A stretch of DNA of 64,000 bases from Verrucomicrobiota bacterium (GTDB lineage Bacteria; Verrucomicrobiota; Lentisphaeria; Lentisphaerales; Lentisphaeraceae): NCBI GenBank assembly GCA_039798785.1, contig JBDKFG010000015.1, positions 1 through 64,000 on the forward strand, read 5' to 3'. Under the pieces are notes generated by a model, which saw nothing but the letters and a program-made list of their open reading frames with translations, was not told the origin of the DNA and ran no database searches. Made by a program: the position numbers and the translations under genes. The first letter of the stretch is position 1. Every line of letters starts with the position of its first letter. Below, one piece after another: positions 31,001 through 39,842 of the stretch.

Positions 31001-31413
31001 GCCGCCTGATGCTTTTCGTCGCGATTTCGACCTGCCTGCTCCTCTGGGCTGCGCCAGCCGATCGCTTCGCCTCCTGCGACCTCGTAATCGAGTCAGACAG
31101 CCCCTTCTCTGCTTGGCAGGCAGAGATCCGCTACCCTGCAGGCGTGATCCTGACCTTGATTGAAAACGGCGAAGGGGCTTTCGTCGAAGCGCCTGATTAT
31201 GACCGCCGCGGTCTGGAACGCGGTCGAATCATCCTGGCCAGCTACACGCTCGAAAACCAGCCAGAGAAAAGGCTGCGTGTCGCTCGGCTTCATTTTCTCG
31301 CCCCGTCTGACGCCAATCAGGAGGACTGGACGGTCCGCTTGACTGCCCTCGGCGACTCCCAAGCCCGCCGCATCTCCGGTCGCATCCATCTCAAAACTAG
31401 GCATTTGCCATGA
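30997..31413 (+). CDS. Secreted cohesin-like beta-sandwich protein
   Basis: Signal peptide and ~115-aa alternating-hydrophobic strands (CDLVIES, FSAWQAEIRY, RIILASY, RVARLHF, WTVRLT..GD). ATGA overlap with the upstream gene. Confidence 0.55.
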   Translation: MSRLMLFVAISTCLLLWAAPADRFASCDLVIESDSPFSAWQAEIRYPAGVILTLIENGEGAFVEAPDYDRRGLERGRIILASYTLENQPEKRLRVARLHFLAPSDANQEDWTVRLTALGDSQARRISGRIHLKTRHLP

Positions 31414-32321
31414 AGCTTCCCCTGTTCATTCTGATTATGCTCATCACTGCTTCTTGCTCCTCGAGCAAAGCAGCTGTCCGATTTCCTGCGAAAGCCTTGC
31501 CTTACATAATCGATCCTGAAGATGCCGCGACAAAAGAGCCGCACGGAGTCGCCCATGAAACCTCCGCGAATAAAGAGCCTCTCTTTCTCCTCCCCTTGCC
31601 CGCAGGTGAGGAGTCCGGCCTGCAGAAGCCTGACGGCTCCTGGCTGCCTCTTGTTGCAGAATTCGAGGCACGCTGCGAAGGCCCCTTCTGCCAGGTCAAG
31701 GCTCGACTCACCAGTCCTGAAGAAGCCGGTCTCTGTCGATTGATCTACCGATTGCCCCGTCAGTCCGCCGTCACCGATCTGGTCCTAAGCTGCGGCCGGC
31801 GGAAATTCCGGGCCATCGCCCTTCCACCGGAACAAATCCGGCGGGTTACCGCCGCCGCGAACGAACAAGGGCTGGCCTGCCAGATTCTCGAAATCGATCA
31901 GTTTCAAAGAATGATCTTGCTGCTCCGCCGTGATGAGGCTGCCTCACTGCAGCTCGACTTCCGCTACCTCTTCGCAGCCTCCTATGTCGACGGCAAGTTC
32001 CATTGGGCCTTGCCGGCTTTCCGCGGACTCCAAGCTCCACCCCGCCTCAAGCTTGAAGGAGCCGAACGAGATGGCGACAAATTATGTTTCAGCGCCACCG
32101 CGACCGCCAGCTCCTTGAGCTGGCGCGACACCAGAGGCCGAGGCCTGCACTGGGATGCCGAGGGGCTGAAGCTGATCGAGCCGAATCCCTCCGCGAACAA
32201 TTTGCCCGTCCTCGCCGAAGCCCTTCTCACAGCCTTGCGAATGTCGCAAAATCCAGGAATGAAAGACGCTTATCTCGAGGGACTTCTCCTCCCCGAAACC
32301 GGCGCGGTTTTTGTCCGTTGA
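31410..32321 (+). CDS. Lipoprotein with divergent VIT (vault/inter-alpha-trypsin) domain
   Basis: Lipobox ITASC, then LIYRLP..SAVTDLVLSCG.RKFRA.....EQ.RR...AA..QG....ILE matching the VIT pattern. No vWA MIDAS motif seen. ATGA overlap. Confidence 0.6.
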   Translation: MKLPLFILIMLITASCSSSKAAVRFPAKALPYIIDPEDAATKEPHGVAHETSANKEPLFLLPLPAGEESGLQKPDGSWLPLVAEFEARCEGPFCQVKARLTSPEEAGLCRLIYRLPRQSAVTDLVLSCGRRKFRAIALPPEQIRRVTAAANEQGLACQILEIDQFQRMILLLRRDEAASLQLDFRYLFAASYVDGKFHWALPAFRGLQAPPRLKLEGAERDGDKLCFSATATASSLSWRDTRGRGLHWDAEGLKLIEPNPSANNLPVLAEALLTALRMSQNPGMKDAYLEGLLLPETGAVFVR

Positions 32322-32390
32322 GCAACTGTCCTGATGCTCTGATCGGCAGCCGCCCCTGGATGGGAGCGGCTGCCCGGAAAGCGAGGGGTT

Positions 32391-33095
32391 TCAGGGTTTC
32401 GTCGCTGCGGACTTGATCTCTTTGAGGACGATGTCCTTGAACTGGGCCTTCATCGCCGGTCCGGCGTGAAGCTGCAGGGCGAGGATGCCGGAGGCGGCGC
32501 GGTGCTTGGCGTCTTCGTCGATGCATTCCATGGTGCGGACGCCGTCGATCTCCTGGATCAGATGGCTGCCCTGGGCGACGACGCGGTAGGTGTACCAGCG
32601 GCCTTTCTCGAGCTGGGCGACTTTGCTGGTGTCGAAGTGGGCGGTGACCTTGGCTTTCCCGGCGGCGTCGACTTCCTTGCGGTCGCCGCGATTGACGAAG
32701 ATGCCGCGTCCACCCTGTTCGTAGAGGATGCCGGTGTACTGCTTGCCCATCTCCATGTCGGCCTGGTAGCCGGTGACGTCGAAGGTCTTGGCGTCGGCGA
32801 GCTTGCTGCGGAACTGCAGGCCGGAGTTGCCCCAGTCGGAGAGGAAGCGGAACTTGAAGGTGATCTCGAAGTCGGCGACGACGCGGTCCTTGAGGACGAG
32901 GAAGGTGGTCTTCTTGCAAGGGTTGGCGCCGCCGGATTCGGCGGTGATGGCGCCGTCCTCGACCTTCCAGAAGCCGGGATTGCCTTCCCAGCCGCTGAGG
33001 TCCTTGCCGTTGAAGAGGGATTCACCTTGAGGCTCCGTGTCGGCGGCGAGGCAGGAGCAGGCGAGAAGAGCGAGACTGCAGAGGATGCGTTTCAT
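32391..33095 (-). CDS. DUF1080 (3-keto-disaccharide hydrolase) family protein
   Basis: SLFNGKDLSGW, WKVEDG, GNSGLQFRS, GYQAD, G.LYE, G.LALQLH, FKDI. Confidence 0.92.
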   Translation of the reverse strand: MKRILCSLALLACSCLAADTEPQGESLFNGKDLSGWEGNPGFWKVEDGAITAESGGANPCKKTTFLVLKDRVVADFEITFKFRFLSDWGNSGLQFRSKLADAKTFDVTGYQADMEMGKQYTGILYEQGGRGIFVNRGDRKEVDAAGKAKVTAHFDTSKVAQLEKGRWYTYRVVAQGSHLIQEIDGVRTMECIDEDAKHRAASGILALQLHAGPAMKAQFKDIVLKEIKSAATKP

Positions 33096-33116
33096 GTGCG
33101 GGACTCCTTGTTTGGG

Positions 33117-33230
33117 GATTCAAGATTCAAGATTCAAGATTCAAGAACTCGCTCCGCTCCAGATCTTTGATATTGAATCTGGAATGTCGTTGTCTGCTCT
33201 CTTGAATTTTGAATATTGAATTTGGAATTT
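33117..33230. repeat. Inverted heptamer tandem-repeat hairpin
   Basis: (GATTCAA)x4 at 33117-33144 facing degenerate TCTTGAA-TTTTGAA-TATTGAA-TTTGGAA at 33200-33227. Confidence 0.85.
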
Positions 33231-35856
33231 ATTTTTTCGCCTTGGCGGCGACTTCGAGGAGGAAGTCGGCGATCGCCTGCAGATCCTCGTCGTTGAGGTT
33301 GAGCGCCTTGGCGGAGGGCATCAGCGACTTGGCGCTGGTTTCGCGCTTGACCACGTCGGCAGCCGGGAAGCTGTGTTCGACGCCGCCGAGGTCCTTGATG
33401 ACGATGGGGTCGTGATCGGAAAGCAGGAAGCCCTGGAATTCCCGTCCGTCCTTAGTCTTGACCACGGTGGTCTCGTAGCCGAAGACAATGGCGGAGTCGG
33501 GGTCAGTGACGGCTTCTTTCAGCACCGCGGCGTTGAACTTGGCGCCGACAAAGGAGAGGTCGGGGGCGACTTCCCGTCCCTGGTCGCCCATGGTGTGGCA
33601 GACGAAGCAGGTGCCGCGGCCCATGTAGAGATCTCGCCCCTTTTCGGCCTGGGGCGACAGCTTGATCTCGGCGAGCTTGAAGGCGCCGCTGGCGAACTTT
33701 GTCTCCTTGACTTCACGCTTCAGGGCGGCGAAGCCCTCGTCGATGCCGAAACCTTTCCAGTAGCTGCCCTTGCGGTTCTTCAACCAGAAATGAGCCTGCT
33801 TGTAGATGTCGTCGGCGCCGTTCTGGGCGATGGCGAGAACAGCTTGAGCGGCCTCGCGGGTGTTGACGAAGGCGAGGGCGTCGAGAGCCTGGACGCGGGC
33901 GCTGCGCCCCAAGGTGGCCGAGAGAGCCCGCTTCTGCAGATCGGCGACGGCGACGGCGGCATGCAGACGCCAGGCGATGCCGGCGAAGGCGTCGCTCCAC
34001 TGCTCCGGTTCTTCCCGCTTGAGCGCCGCCTTGAGCCATGCGTAGGCCTGATCCTCCTTCTTTGCACAGGCCTTGCCGAAGGCCTCGAGGTAATAGCGAT
34101 CGGCGCCGTCGAAGCCCTTCGCCAGGTCGACGAGGACACCCTTGATCGCGTCGAAAGGCAGGTCGCGCAGGGCGAGAGCTGCTTCGCGGCGGCAGGAGGG
34201 ATCGGCGTCCTTGGCGAGACGAGCGGCGTTCTCCAGCACCTGGACGCCGGCGCGGCGCAGTGCGCGGAAGGCGACGATGCGCATCTGCGGATCGGCATCG
34301 CCGAGCAGGGCTGCGACTTCCTTCTGTCCGGCATCGCCGAGGCGGCTGAGTATCCAGACGGCGCGGGCCCGGATATAGGGGTTTTCCTCCTGGAGCAAGG
34401 CCTTGACCGGGGCGAGCGCCTTGTCACCCTGGGCGATGAGGGCCTTGAAGCCGAGAACGCGGACGTTGGGCGAAGGGTTTTTGAGGACCTCAATCATGCC
34501 GGGGATGCTACTCAGGTCGACAGCGGGCGCCTTGCCGCTGAAGCCCTTGGGGGCGATGCGGTAGATGTTGCCGAGGCCGCGGTAGTCGCAAGTCTGGTGG
34601 CCGCCGACACGCGGATCGTACCAGTCGCAGACATAGAGCGCGCCGTCGGGGCCAACGGTGATGTCGGAGGGGCGGAACCAGGTCTTGAGGGAGGTCGCGG
34701 TATTGGCCTTCATCCCTCCGCTGAAGTCGGAGCCGCCGATCTGCTTGCCGGTGTTGGAGCTGAGGAAGTCGTAGCGCTGCAGGGCGAAGCCGGCCTTGGC
34801 AGCCTTGGGCTGGTAGCCGAAGACGGTGTTGACCGCAGCCTCGCCGCTGAGTAGCGTGCCGTTGAACTTGGCGGGCAGGGCGCCGTTTTCGTAGAAGGCG
34901 GTGCCGGTGGGCGAGCCGGTTCCATAGATGTCGCCGGCGGGAGAGACGCCGGGATCCTCTTGGCGCCAGTGGGCGAGCGGCAGGGGCTGGCCGGGACGGC
35001 GCACGCTCTGCCAATGGTTGCGTCCGTCGCTGGTGAAGTAACCGAAGTCGGCGTGCTCCATCATCCACGAGGTGCGACAGCTCTGGGTGTCGTCGTTGTC
35101 GTTCATGAAGACCTCGCCGAAGGAAGTCACCGACTGCTCGTAGCTGTTGCGGAAGTTGTGCCCGATCGCCTGCAGCCCGCTGCCGTCCTCCTGAACCCGG
35201 AAAGCCGTGCCTTGCGAGTAGATGTGGCCGTCACACGAAGGCTCACCGCGGTTGGTGAACTCCCGCCCGTCAGTGCCTTTCACCGTGAAGCGGGTGTTGC
35301 CGGTGTTGAAATAGAGCTCGCCGTCGGGACCGGCGGTGACCGAATGCAGGGTGTGGTCGTGGTTCTCGCCGGAGAAGCCGCTGAGGAAGATCACCTTTTT
35401 GTCGACGGCGGGATCGAAGACGCCGTTGCCGTCGACATCGGTGAACTTGATCATGTTGGGTGACATCGAGACGAAGATCTCATTGCCAATGACGGCGATG
35501 CCGAGGGGGGCATTGAGCTCCTTGCCCTGGTAGAAGGTGTGCGACTTGTCGGCGGCGCCGTCACCGTCCGTGTCTTCGAGAATGACGACGCGGTCGCCGT
35601 CGGGGGCCATGTTCATGCCGCGGTAGTTGCGGCCTTCGGTGACCCAGACGCGGCCCTTGGAGTCGATGTCCATGTTGGTGGGGTTGCCGAGCATCGGCGA
35701 CTTGGCCCAGAGCTTGATCTCCAGTCCCTCGGGCAGGGCGAACATCTCGGCCGGCAGGAACTTGGGGAAGTCCTCGGGGACGTCCATCGGCCGGTTGCCG
35801 GCGGGGGAGCTCAAGGCAAGTGCCAGGGTGAGGCTGGCGAGCAGGCTTTTCTTCAT
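33229..35856 (-). CDS. PVC-type membrane-bound dehydrogenase-like protein with HEAT repeats and c-type heme
   Basis: LEIKLWA.SPM..NPT.MD.D..GRVWV, DRVVILEDTDGDG.AD, NFRN, FRPSDI.VGPDGALY..DWYD, HEAT repeats, CFVCH near the C-terminus. Confidence 0.9.
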   Translation of the reverse strand: MKKSLLASLTLALALSSPAGNRPMDVPEDFPKFLPAEMFALPEGLEIKLWAKSPMLGNPTNMDIDSKGRVWVTEGRNYRGMNMAPDGDRVVILEDTDGDGAADKSHTFYQGKELNAPLGIAVIGNEIFVSMSPNMIKFTDVDGNGVFDPAVDKKVIFLSGFSGENHDHTLHSVTAGPDGELYFNTGNTRFTVKGTDGREFTNRGEPSCDGHIYSQGTAFRVQEDGSGLQAIGHNFRNSYEQSVTSFGEVFMNDNDDTQSCRTSWMMEHADFGYFTSDGRNHWQSVRRPGQPLPLAHWRQEDPGVSPAGDIYGTGSPTGTAFYENGALPAKFNGTLLSGEAAVNTVFGYQPKAAKAGFALQRYDFLSSNTGKQIGGSDFSGGMKANTATSLKTWFRPSDITVGPDGALYVCDWYDPRVGGHQTCDYRGLGNIYRIAPKGFSGKAPAVDLSSIPGMIEVLKNPSPNVRVLGFKALIAQGDKALAPVKALLQEENPYIRARAVWILSRLGDAGQKEVAALLGDADPQMRIVAFRALRRAGVQVLENAARLAKDADPSCRREAALALRDLPFDAIKGVLVDLAKGFDGADRYYLEAFGKACAKKEDQAYAWLKAALKREEPEQWSDAFAGIAWRLHAAVAVADLQKRALSATLGRSARVQALDALAFVNTREAAQAVLAIAQNGADDIYKQAHFWLKNRKGSYWKGFGIDEGFAALKREVKETKFASGAFKLAEIKLSPQAEKGRDLYMGRGTCFVCHTMGDQGREVAPDLSFVGAKFNAAVLKEAVTDPDSAIVFGYETTVVKTKDGREFQGFLLSDHDPIVIKDLGGVEHSFPAADVVKRETSAKSLMPSAKALNLNDEDLQAIADFLLEVAAKAKK

Positions 35857-35878
35857 CTTTTATCTCCTTGTTTTTCGG

Positions 35879-36751
35879 TCAGACGGAATGCAGCTGCGGC
35901 GCGGCGGCCTCAGCCCAGAGATTGCGCACGAAGGGACCTCCCTCGAGATAGACCTCCTCGGGGGCCGGGAAGAAGTCGCGCCAGACGCGGGTGGCGGCGG
36001 CGAGATCCGGCAAGGCGCGGCCGAAGGCCTCGATGGTCAGCCACTGGTCGTAGCCGCCTTCGCGCAGAGCCTGGAACTGCGGCAGGAAGTCGATCTGGCC
36101 CTTGCCGGGTGTGCCGCGGTCGTTCTCGGAGACGTGGAAGTGGCGGATGGCGCCGATGTGACGGCGGATCGCGGTGGCGGGATCCTTCTCCTCGATATTG
36201 GCGTGGAAGCTGTCGAACATCGACGAGAAATTGGGGTGATCGACCAGCTTCACGTAGTCGGCGGCCTCGGCCATGGTGGTGCAGAAGTAGCTTTCGAAGC
36301 GGTTGAGCCACTCCATAGCCAGGCCGAGATGCTGCTGCTGCGCGTGTTCCGCCAAAGCGCGATGGACTTCGGCGCAATGAGCTTTTTCGGTGGCAGTCGC
36401 CCCCACACCCGTGAAGACGCCCAAGGGGGAATGGTAGGGTCCGATGAGCAGCTCAGCGCCCATCGCCGCGGCGCAGTCGGCGGTGTGGCGCAAGTAGTCG
36501 AGGGCGGCGCGGCGGCGCGCGGCCTCGGGACTGACCGGGCTGCGGGCTTCGTCGGGGATGATGGTGACCGCAGTGCAGGCTAGACCCTCATTGCGCAGGA
36601 AGACGCCAAGCTGGCGGTAATGAGCGACATCGCCGCTCAAGATCGGCACTTCGACGCCGTCGAAGCCGGCCTTCTTGATCTTGATGATCTGCTGATAGTG
36701 CTCTTCGGTGACATGGCCGGTCCAGATGAGGAGGTTGAAGCCGAGTTTCAT
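35879..36751 (-). CDS. Sugar phosphate isomerase/epimerase (tagatose/psicose 3-epimerase-like)
   Basis: GFDGVEVP, E.LNRFE, DSFHANIEE, HVSENDRGTPG, IEAF. Confidence 0.9.
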   Translation of the reverse strand: MKLGFNLLIWTGHVTEEHYQQIIKIKKAGFDGVEVPILSGDVAHYRQLGVFLRNEGLACTAVTIIPDEARSPVSPEAARRRAALDYLRHTADCAAAMGAELLIGPYHSPLGVFTGVGATATEKAHCAEVHRALAEHAQQQHLGLAMEWLNRFESYFCTTMAEAADYVKLVDHPNFSSMFDSFHANIEEKDPATAIRRHIGAIRHFHVSENDRGTPGKGQIDFLPQFQALREGGYDQWLTIEAFGRALPDLAAATRVWRDFFPAPEEVYLEGGPFVRNLWAEAAAPQLHSV

Positions 36752-36762
36752 GGAGTTCCTTG

Positions 36763-36864
36763 AGGTTGAAAGGTTGGAAGGTTGAAAGGCGGAAGGCGGA
36801 AGGAGAAAGCGCGGCCACTGAGTTGTTCGGCTGTTCGGTTGCTAGCATTTCAACCTTTCAACCT
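36763..36864. repeat. Inverted octamer tandem-repeat hairpin
   Basis: AGGTTGAA-AGGTTGGA-AGGTTGAA-AGGCGGA-AGGCGGA facing (TTTCAACC)x2. Confidence 0.8.
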
Positions 36865-36867
36865 CGT

Positions 36868-37794
36868 TCAGTGCTTCTGCCATTCATCGAGACGGAGTTC
36901 GATGGCGGCGACGTCGAACTGGGCGGGCTTGGCTTCGTCGTGATTGCGGTCGAGATCAGCGAAGCTGAGTTTGCGGCTGGGGACGCCGGCGGCGGGGACC
37001 TCCAGCTTGGCCAGCCAGACGGCGGCGTTGAGGATCAGGGTGCGCTGCTGCGGCTGGCCCCAGTTCCAGTGGACGTGCCCGCCAGTGAAGCCGAAGCCGC
37101 GGCCGCCCCCGGGACGCTCGAGCGCCCACATCAAAGTTTCCTCTTGTCCCTTGGCCGCCTGCACATGCTTGTAGGGGCCGGCCGGCCAGACGTAAGGTCC
37201 GTTGCGAACGGCGTCGGAGGGCGCGGCGCGGAGCAGCGGCTTGGCCTCCGGCGCGAAGCGCAGGTTCATGTACCACTCGTCGCGGGTGCTGAAGGGACTG
37301 ACGCCGCGGGTGACGGGATGAACCGGGAAGCTCTTGAACTCCGGGCTCCACATCGGGTTGCAGGAATGCTGGATCTCGTAGAAGCCGCCGGTGAGGCGCA
37401 GGAACTGGTCGCTGGAGTTTCCCTTGGGGCATTCGACGCAGTAGTGCATCATGCCGACACCTAAGCCTTTTGCGGCGAGCGCATCGAGTTCCTTGAGGTG
37501 CGGCAGCAACAGATTGCCGGCGCCGCCATCGGCGTAGACGACGATCGCGTCGACCCCTTCGAGCGTCTTGGCGTCCTTGGGCCAGCCGGGATAGCTGACC
37601 TCGGCCTTCACCGGCAGGCCCGACTGGTTGAGCAAATCGGCAAACAAATGGCACCCGGCCTTGAAATCGTGGGCTCCGTAGCCGTGACTGGGCTTGCCGG
37701 CGATGAAGAGGATCTTCTTCGGGGTGGGAGCGGTTGTTTCCTCGGCCGCAAGAGCAAGAGAGAAGTTGAAAAACAGGATGGACAGCAGTTTCAT
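36868..37794 (-). CDS. ThuA-like domain secreted protein
   Basis: Signal peptide, KILFIAG..SHG..AH, HPVTRGV..F...DEWY, GGRGFGFTGGH.HWNW. Confidence 0.85.
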   Translation of the reverse strand: MKLLSILFFNFSLALAAEETTAPTPKKILFIAGKPSHGYGAHDFKAGCHLFADLLNQSGLPVKAEVSYPGWPKDAKTLEGVDAIVVYADGGAGNLLLPHLKELDALAAKGLGVGMMHYCVECPKGNSSDQFLRLTGGFYEIQHSCNPMWSPEFKSFPVHPVTRGVSPFSTRDEWYMNLRFAPEAKPLLRAAPSDAVRNGPYVWPAGPYKHVQAAKGQEETLMWALERPGGGRGFGFTGGHVHWNWGQPQQRTLILNAAVWLAKLEVPAAGVPSRKLSFADLDRNHDEAKPAQFDVAAIELRLDEWQKH

Positions 37795-37983
37795 CGGGAC
37801 CTCCGGATTTGCTTCCTAAAACAAAGCGGCGGAGGCTCGGAATCGCTATGAAGAATTCCTCTATTTCTATAAGTAATTCGGATTTATTGATAGAAATCAA
37901 GATTGAAAATTGTAGGAATATTAGATATCGTCAGTGACCGAAGCGATCAAAATCCTTTAAATTGCCATCACTGGGAGGCTTGC

Positions 37984-38721
37984 ATGAACCAGGACAGCTA
38001 CGACCGGGAATTCTATCTCCGCCATACATGCTCCCTTCCTTCGTCTCTGCTGCTGAAGGAGCCGGACACCTTCTATTTCGCCAAAGATCGTCAAGGGATT
38101 TTTGTCTGTGCCAGCGCCCGTTTTCTCGATCATCTTGGGCGTCATGCGGGGGAAGTGATCGGCCGCAGCGATTATGAAGTTTTCAGGCGTGATCTCGCCG
38201 ATCGTTATCGGGAGGATGACCTGCAAGTGATGAAGAGTGGCGAAACCTTTCAGGATAGATTGGAGATTGTGCCGGCCAAGGACCGCCTGCAGTGGTTCAG
38301 CACGGTGAAAGGTCCGCTGCGGAATCTCGATGGCCAGATCATCGGCATCGAGGGTTTGACTCGTGATGCACATCTGACCCACAGCAAACTGACTCGATAC
38401 CATGAATTCAGCCGCTGCATGGAGCATATCCGCAACCGGATCGCGGAATCTCACTGCATCCCGCAGCTGGCGGCCATGTGCGGCATGTCTCTGAGCAGTT
38501 TCGAGCGCAAGTTCAAGAAGCATTTCGGTTGCACTCCCAAGGTCTACATTCGCAATCTCCGTCTCGAGCGAGCCTGCGAGCTCCTGCAAGCCGGGCGCAG
38601 CATCGGCGAGACGGCGGAGCTCTGCGGCTTTTGCGACCAAAGCTATTTCACCCTCGAGTTCCGTCGCAGCCTCGGGGTGTCGCCGCGGCTTTGGCGGGAG
38701 CGGAACCCGCCGCGCCAATGA
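37984..38721 (+). CDS. AraC-family transcriptional regulator with N-terminal PAS domain
   Basis: FAKDRQG.F...VIGRSD..YREDD..V PAS segment, LAAMCGMS.S.FER.FK, CGFCDQSYF..EFR...G.SP. Divergent from the sugar cluster. Confidence 0.9.
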   Translation: MNQDSYDREFYLRHTCSLPSSLLLKEPDTFYFAKDRQGIFVCASARFLDHLGRHAGEVIGRSDYEVFRRDLADRYREDDLQVMKSGETFQDRLEIVPAKDRLQWFSTVKGPLRNLDGQIIGIEGLTRDAHLTHSKLTRYHEFSRCMEHIRNRIAESHCIPQLAAMCGMSLSSFERKFKKHFGCTPKVYIRNLRLERACELLQAGRSIGETAELCGFCDQSYFTLEFRRSLGVSPRLWRERNPPRQ

Positions 38722-38811
38722 CCGCAGCCGTCCGCTTGCCCCGCCCCGGGCACAGGACTTGGAGAGATCGACTTGGGGCGCTAGCTTGTCGAATACCCGC
38801 GGAGCTTTCCC

Positions 38812-39177
38812 ATGTTCGAGTCAAATGGAACCGAAATCCTTCTCACCCCGCCGCCGGACTTCGGCCTGGCATATTGCGACGAGCTGCGTGCCTCCGCACC
38901 TCCTTCGTCACTGGCCCAGCTCGGCTCCTGGTCGCATCTCATCGTCGACCTCTCGGCTCTGGTGAGTCTCGATTCCGCCGCCGCCCTGCTGCTGCGCGAT
39001 CTTCACGCCGAGACTTCCCGCCTCGGCCGCAATTTCATGGTGATCAACTGCCCTCACCGGCTGCTTCCTCGTCTGCAGCTCTTCCGTCTGCACACCCATT
39101 TCCCCATTGGCATCGACAAGCGCCGATCTGAGCTTAGCGACGCCGCTCTCAGCCATATGAAGGGAATGGACGCTTGA
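38812..39177 (+). CDS. STAS-domain protein (anti-anti-sigma-like)
   Basis: LIVDLSAL.SLDSAAA..L motif, 121 aa. Confidence 0.6.
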   Translation: MFESNGTEILLTPPPDFGLAYCDELRASAPPSSLAQLGSWSHLIVDLSALVSLDSAAALLLRDLHAETSRLGRNFMVINCPHRLLPRLQLFRLHTHFPIGIDKRRSELSDAALSHMKGMDA

Positions 39178-39764
39178 ACTGGCCGCTGCAAGATTTTCTC
39201 GGCCCGATGGCCTTGGTGTTTGTAGCCGAGTTTGGCGACAAGTCACAGCTTGTGAGCATGAGCCTGGCCACCCGGCATCGTCCCTGGCCGGTTTTCTTCG
39301 GAGCCAGCTGTGCCTTCGCCTTGCTCAACGCCTTGGCTGTGGCCTTCGGCGAAGCCGCGACACGGGCGGTCCCGAAAGGATGGATCGCCCTGCTTTGCGC
39401 CCTGCTCTTCGCCTTTTTCGCCTGGAAGAGCTTCGCTGCAAGTGCAGAGGAGGAAGAGGAGGAGTCTCCGGCGGAAAAGCCCGGCCATTCGATCTTCGGC
39501 ACGGCTTTCCTGATGATATTCCTCGCCGAATTCGGCGACCGCACCCAGATCGCCGCCGCCGCCTGCGCGCCGCAGCACAACTCTTGGCTGGTCTGGGGCG
39601 GCTGCACCCTCGGACTGGCCGCCAATACCGCCCTCGGCGTCTGGGCCGGCGCCCGCCTCCTCAAGCGCATCCCGATGAAGGTCGTCCATCGCATCTCCGG
39701 CCTGCTCTTCGCGGTTTTCGCCCTTGTCGCCCTCTTGGCTGCATGGCGAGCCTTCCCAGGATGA
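39174..39764 (+). CDS. TMEM165/GDT1 family Ca2+/Mn2+ transporter
   Basis: Two E-x-G-D-(K/R)-(S/T)-Q motifs (AEFGDKSQ, AEFGDRTQ) and six TM segments. Confidence 0.92.
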   Translation: MNWPLQDFLGPMALVFVAEFGDKSQLVSMSLATRHRPWPVFFGASCAFALLNALAVAFGEAATRAVPKGWIALLCALLFAFFAWKSFAASAEEEEEESPAEKPGHSIFGTAFLMIFLAEFGDRTQIAAAACAPQHNSWLVWGGCTLGLAANTALGVWAGARLLKRIPMKVVHRISGLLFAVFALVALLAAWRAFPG

Positions 39765-39842
39765 GGCGCGGTCCAGTCCCGGCGAACTTGCGCAAGCCGC
39801 ACTCCGAGGCATACTCAGCGGACTGCAACTCGAGAGGGCCCC

